From Nemertoderma westbladi (Eukaryota; Animalia; Xenacoelomorpha), in NCBI GenBank assembly GCA_032718475.1, contig JAUCBJ010005028.1, positions 1 to 64,000 of the forward strand: 64,000 nucleotides of DNA, given 5' to 3'. The notes beneath the pieces were generated by a model. It was given only the letters and a program-made list of their open reading frames with translations. It did not search any database and was not told where the DNA came from. The position numbers and the translations under genes were made by a program. Numbering within the stretch: the stretch's first letter is position 1; each line of letters begins with the position of its first letter. Of the stretch, positions 57,917 through 64,000 are shown one piece after another.

Positions 57917-60609
57917 CTCACTGCTGCACCTCACTCACTGCTGCACCTCACTCACTCACTGCTGCACATCACTCACACTCCTGCACCTCACTCACTCACT
58001 GCTGCACCTCACTCACTCACTGCTGCACCTCACTCACTCACTCCTGCACCTCACTCAATCACTCCCGCACCTCACTCACTCACTGCTGCACCTCACTCAC
58101 TCACTGCTGCACCTCACTCAATCACTCCTGGACCTCACTCACTCACTGCTGCACCTCACTCACTCACTCACTGCTGCACCTCACTCACTCACTCACTGCT
58201 GCACCTCACTCACTCACTGCTGCACCTCACTCTCTCACTCACTGCTGCACCTCACTCTCTCACTCACTGCTGCACCTCACTCACTCACTCACTGCTGCAC
58301 CTCACTCAATCACTCCTGCACCTCACTCACTCACTGCTGCACCTCACTCACTCACTGCTGCACATCACTCACACTCCTGCACCTCACTCACTCACTGCTG
58401 CACCTCACTCACTCACTGCTGCACCTCACTCACTCACTCCTGCACCTCACTCAATCACTCCCGCACCTCACTCACTCACTGCTGCACCTCACTCACTCAC
58501 TGCTGCACCTCACTCAATCACTCCTGGACCTCACTCACTCACTGCTGCACCTCACTCACTCACTCACTGCTGCACCTCACTCTCTCACTCACTGCTGCAC
58601 CTCACTCTCTCACTCACTGCTGCACCTCACTCTCTCACTCACTGCTGCACCTCACTCACTCACTCACTCACTGCTGCACCTCACTCAATCACTCCTGCAC
58701 CTCACTCAATCACTCCTGCACCTCACTCACTCACTGCTGCACCTCCCTCACTCACTGCTGCACCTCACTCACTCACTGCTGCACCTCACTCACTCACTGC
58801 TGCACCTCACTCACTCACTCCTGCACCTCCCTCACTCCACTGCTGCACCTCACTCACTCACTGCTGCCTCACTCACTCACTCACTGCTGCACCTCACTCA
58901 CTCTCTCACTGCTGCACCTCACTCACTCACTCACTGCTGCACCTCACTCTCTCACTGCTGCACCTCACTCAATCACTCCTGCACCTCACTCACTGCTGCA
59001 CCTCACTCACTCACTGCTGCACCTCACTCACTCACTGCTGCACCTCACTTACTCACTGCAGCACCTCCATCACTCACTGCTGCACCTCCATCACTCACTG
59101 CTGCACCTCACTCACTCACTCACTGGTGCACCTCACTCACTCACTCACTGCTGCACATCACTCACACTCCTGCACCTCACTCACTCATTGCTGCACCTCA
59201 CTCTCTCACTCACTGCTGCACCTCACTCACTCACTCACTCACTGCTGCACCTCACTCACTCACTGCTGCACCTCACTCAATCACTCCTGCACCTCACTCA
59301 CTGCTGCACCTCACTCGCTCACTGCTGCAGCTCACTCAATCACTCCTGCACCTCACTCACCCACTGCTGCACCTCACTCACTGCTGCACCTCACTCACTT
59401 ACTCACTGCTGCACCTCACTCACTCACTGCTGCACCTCACTCACTCACTGCTGCATCTCACTCACTCACGGCTGCATCTCACTCACTCACTGCTGCATCT
59501 CACTCACTCACTCACTGCTGCACCTCACACACTCACTGCTGCACCTCACTCACTCACTGCTGCACCTCACTCACTGCTGCACCTCACTCACTCACTGCTG
59601 CACCTCACTCACTCACTGCTGCACCTCACTCAATCACTCCTGCACCTCACTCACTCACTCACTGCTGCACCTCACTCACTCACTCACCGCTGCACCTCAC
59701 TCACTCACTCACTGCTGCTCCTCACTCACTCACTGCTGCACCTCACTCAATCACTCCTGCACCTCACTCACTCACTGCTGCACCTCACTCACTCACTCAC
59801 TGCTGCACCTCACTCAATCACTCCCGCACATCACTCACTCACTGCTGCACCTCACTCACTCACTCACTGCTGCACCTCACTCAATCACTCCTGCACCTCA
59901 CTCACTCACTGCTGCACCTCACTCACTCACTGCTGCACCACACTCACTCACTCACTGCTGCACCACACTCACTCACTCACTGCTGCACCTCACTCACTCA
60001 CTGCTGCACCTCACTCACTCACTGCTGCACCTCACTCACTCACTGACTCACTGCTGCACCTCACTCACTCACTCACTGCTGCACCTCACTCACTCACTGC
60101 TGCACCTCACTCACTCACTGACTCACTGCTGCACCTCACTCGCTGCTTCACCTCACTCAATCACTCCTGCACCTCACTCACTCACTCACTGCTGCACCTC
60201 ACTCACTCACTGCTGCACCTCACTCACTCACTGCTGCACCTCACTCACTCACTCACTGCTGCACCTCACTCACTCACTGCTGCACCTCACTCAATCACTC
60301 CTGCACCTCACTCACTCACTGCTGCACCTCACTCACTCACTCACTGCTGCACCTCACTCACTCACTCACTGCTGCACCTCACTCACTCACTCACTCACTG
60401 CTGCACCTCACTCACTCACTCACTGCAGCACCTCACTCACTCACTCACTGCTGCACCTCACTCACTCACTCACTGCTGCACCTCACTCACTCACTGCTGC
60501 ACCTCACTCACTCACTGCTGCACCTCACTCAATCACTCCTGCACCTCACTCAATCACTCCTGCACCTCACTCACTCACTGCTGCACCTCACTCACTCACT
60601 GCTGCACCT
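57917..60609. repeat. CTGCACCT(CACT)nG minisatellite (17/21/25-bp units) in BiP intron 3
   Basis: Continuous array with a variable CACT count and higher-order block duplications. Confidence 0.97.
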
Positions 60610-63600
60610 AACCCGTAATGTTGTATCTAATAGACCCGCGGTTGTATCTAACCCGTAATGTTGTATCTAATAGACCCACGGTTATATCTTACCCGTAATG
60701 TTGTATCTAATAGACCCACGGTTGTATCTAACACGTAATGTTCTATCTAATAGACCCACGGTTGTATCTAACCCGTAATGTTGTATATAATAGACCCACG
60801 GTTGTATCTAATAGCCCCACGGTTGTATCTAACCCGTAATGTTGTATCTAATAGCCCCACGGTTGTATCTAACCCGTAATGTTGTATCTAATAGACCCGC
60901 GGTTGTATCTAACCCGTAATGTTGTATCTAATAGACCCACGGTTGTATCTAACCCGTAATGTTGTATCTAATAGACCCACGGTTATATCTTACCCGTAAT
61001 GTTGTATCTAATAGACCCACGGTTGTATCTAACCCGTAATGTTCTATCTAATAGACCCGCGGTTGTATCTAACCCGTAATGTTGTATCTAATAGACCCGC
61101 GGTTGTATCTAACCCGTAATGTTGTATCTAATAGACCCGCGGTTGTATCTAACCCGTACTGTTATCTAACCCGTAATGTTGTATCTAATAGACCCGCGGT
61201 TGTATCTAACCCGTACTGTTTTATCTAATAGACCCGCGGTTGTATCTAATAGCCCCACGGTTGTATCTAACCCGTAATGTTGTATCTAATAGACCCGCGG
61301 TTGTATCTAATAGCCCCACTGTTGTATCTAATAGACCCGCGGTTGTATCTAATAGACCCGCGGTTGTATCTAATAGACCCACGGTTGTATCTAACCCGTA
61401 ATGTTGTATCTAATAGACCCGCGGTTGTATCTAACCCGTAATGTTGTATCTAATAGCCCGACGGTTGTATCTAACCCGTAATGTTGTATCTAATAGCCCG
61501 ACGGTTGTATCTAACCCGTAATGTTGTATCTAATAGCCGGGGGGGGTTGTATCTAACCCGTAATGTTGTATCTAATAGACCCGCGGTTGTATCTAATAGC
61601 CCCACGGTTGTATCTAATAGACCCACGGTTGTCCCTAATAGACCCATGGTTGTATCTAATAGACCCACGGTTGTATCTAATAGCCCCACGGTTGTATGTA
61701 ACCCGTAATGTTGTATCTAATAGACCCGCTGTTGTATCTAATATCCCCACGGTTGTATCTAACTCGTAATGCTGTATCCAATAGACCCGCGGTTGTATCT
61801 AACCCGTAATGTTGTATCTAATAGCCGGGGGGTTTGTATCTAACCCGTAATGTTGTATCTAATAGCCCGGGGGGTTGTATCTAACCCGTAATGTTGTATC
61901 TAATAGCCCGGGGGGTTGTATCTAACCCGTAATGTTGTATCTAATAGCCCCACGGTTGTATCTAATAGACCCACGGTTGTATCTAACCCGTAATGTTGTA
62001 TCTAATAGCCCCACGGTTGTATCTAATAACCCAACGGTTGTACCTAACCCGTAATGTTGTACCTAATAACCCCACGTTTGTTTGTATCTAACCCGTAATC
62101 TTGTACCTAATAGCCCCACGGTTGTATCTAACCCGTAATATTGTATCTAATAGCCCCACGGTTGTATCTAACCCGTAATGTTGTATCTAATAGCCGGGGG
62201 GTTTGTATCTAACCCGTAATGTTGTATCTAATAGCCCGGGGGGTTGTATCTAACCCGTAATGTTGTATCTAATAGCCCCACGGTTGTATCTAATAGACCC
62301 ACGGTTGTATCTAACCCGTAATGTTGTATCTAATAGCCCCACGGTTGTATCTAATAACCCAACGGTTGTACCTAACCCGTAATGTTGTACCTAATAACCC
62401 CACGTTTGTTTGTATCTAACCCATAATCTTGTACCTAATAGCCCCACGGTTGTATCTAACCCGTAATGTTGTATCTAATAGACCCGCGGTTGTATCTAAC
62501 CCGTAATGTTGTATCTAATAGACCCGCGGTTGTATCTAATAGACCCGCGGTTGTATCTAATAGACCCGCGGTTGTATCTAACCCGTAATGTTGTATCTAA
62601 TAGACCCACGGTTGTATCTAACCCGTAATGTTGTATCTAATAGACCCGCAGTTGTATCTAATAGACCCGCGGTTGTATCTAATAGACCCGCTGTTGTATC
62701 TAACCCGTAATGTTGTATCTAATAGACCCGCGGTTGTATCTAACCCGTAATGTTGTATCTAATAGACCCGCAGTTGTATCTAATAGACCCGCGGTTGTAT
62801 CTAATAGACCCGCGGTTGTATCTAACCCGTAATGTTGTATCTAATATACCCACGGTTGTATCTAACCTGTAATGTTGTATCTAATAGACCCGCGGTTGTA
62901 TCTAATAGACCCGCGGTTGTATCTAATAGACCCACGGTTGTATCTAACCCGTAATGTTGTATTGTATCTAATAGACCTGCGGTTGTATCTAATAGACCCG
63001 CGGTTGTATCTAATAGACCCGCGGTTGTATCTAACCCGTAATGTTGTATCTAATAGCCCCACGGTTGTATCTAACCCGTAATGTTGTATCTAATAGCCGG
63101 GGGGGTTGTATCTAACCCGTAATGTTGTATCTAATAGCCGGGGGGGTTGTATCTAACCCGTGATGTTGTATCTAATAGCCCCACGGTTGTATCTAACCCG
63201 TAATGTTGTATCTAATAGCCGGGGGGTTGTATCTAACCCGTAATGTTGTATCTAATAGCCCGGCGGTTGTATCTAACCCGTAATGTTGTATCTAATAGCC
63301 CCGCGGTTGTATCTAATAGACCCGCGGTTGTATCTAACCCGTAATGTTGTATCTAATAGCCCCACGGTTGTATCTAATAACCCACGGTTGTACCTAACCC
63401 GTATGTTGTACCTAATAACCCCGTTTGTTTGTATCTAACCCATAATCTTGTACCTAATAGCCCCACGGTTGTATCTAACCCGTAATGTTGTATCTAATAG
63501 ACCCGCGGTTGTATCTAACCCGTAATGTTGTATCTAATAGACCCGCGGTTGTATCTAACCCGTAATGTTGTATCTAATAGACCCGCGGTTGTATCTAATA

Positions 63601-64000
63601 GACCCGCGGTTGTATCTAATAGACCCGCGGTTGTATCTAACCCGTAATGTTGTATCTAATAGACCCACGGTTGTATCTAACCCGTAATGTTGTATCTAAT
63701 AGACCCGCAGTTGTATCTAATAGACCCGCGGTTGTATCTAATAGACCCGCTGTTGTATCTAACCCGTAATGTTGTATCTAATAGACCCGCGGTTGTATCT
63801 AACCCGTAATGTTGTATCTAATAGACCCGCAGTTGTATCTAATAGACCCGCGGTTGTATCTAATAGACCCGCGGTTGTATCTAATAGACCCGCGGTTGTA
63901 TCTAACCCGTAATGTTGTATCTAATATACCCACGGTTGTATCTAACCTGTAATGTTGTATCTAATAGACCCGCGGCTGTATCTAATAGACCCGCGGTTGT
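60609..64000. repeat. TTGTATCTAA-based minisatellite with 19-bp and 21-bp unit types, running off the window
   Basis: Units TTGTATCTAACCCGTAATG and TTGTATCTAATAGACCCGCGG, interleaved. Confidence 0.97.

Noticed and set aside
57870-60618. 913/476/306-aa His/Leu/Thr-rich ORFs
   Set aside because: The minisatellite simply lacks stop codons; it lies inside a BiP intron.
60609-64000. CRISPR-like or telomeric appearance (constant TTGTATCTAA with variable parts; TAACCC)
   Set aside because: The variable parts are a few recurring 9-11-nt variants, there are no cas genes, the context is eukaryotic, and TAACCC is not tandem.

Overview
AT-rich, repeat-dense animal (invertebrate-type) genomic DNA, not prokaryotic. 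There are three host genes. HDAC8 (minus strand, 2 exons, 373 aa) is complete. An ecdysteroid/choline-kinase-like gene (EcKL/DUF227 type; plus strand, 6 coding exons over 13538-43011, 419 aa) is complete. BiP/HSPA5 is represented by its first three coding exons (plus strand, from 49148) and runs off the window. Introns and intergenic DNA hold many elements: a 12.5-kb non-autonomous BEL/Pao LTR element (Gag-protease only), an intact Merlin transposon, a CACTG-ended CMC/EnSpm-like element carrying a truncated P-element and a PWWP pseudogene, MULE/hAT/Harbinger MITEs, RTE/CR1/CRE LINE remnants and several satellites. Four signals stand out. (1) A pervasive 8-bp insertion signature (5-bp duplication split by CAG/CTG) clusters in promoter-like DNA and explains frameshifts in two pseudogenes; it is probably the excision footprint of an unidentified transposon. 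(2) A tRNA-like SINE has a minimal hammerhead ribozyme between its A and B boxes. (3) The BEL element lacks a tRNA primer-binding site but has an 11-nt site complementary to its own LTR, resembling Tf1 self-priming. (4) A minisatellite is built from BiP's own exon-intron junction. All calls were made by eye from the sequence; no searches were run.
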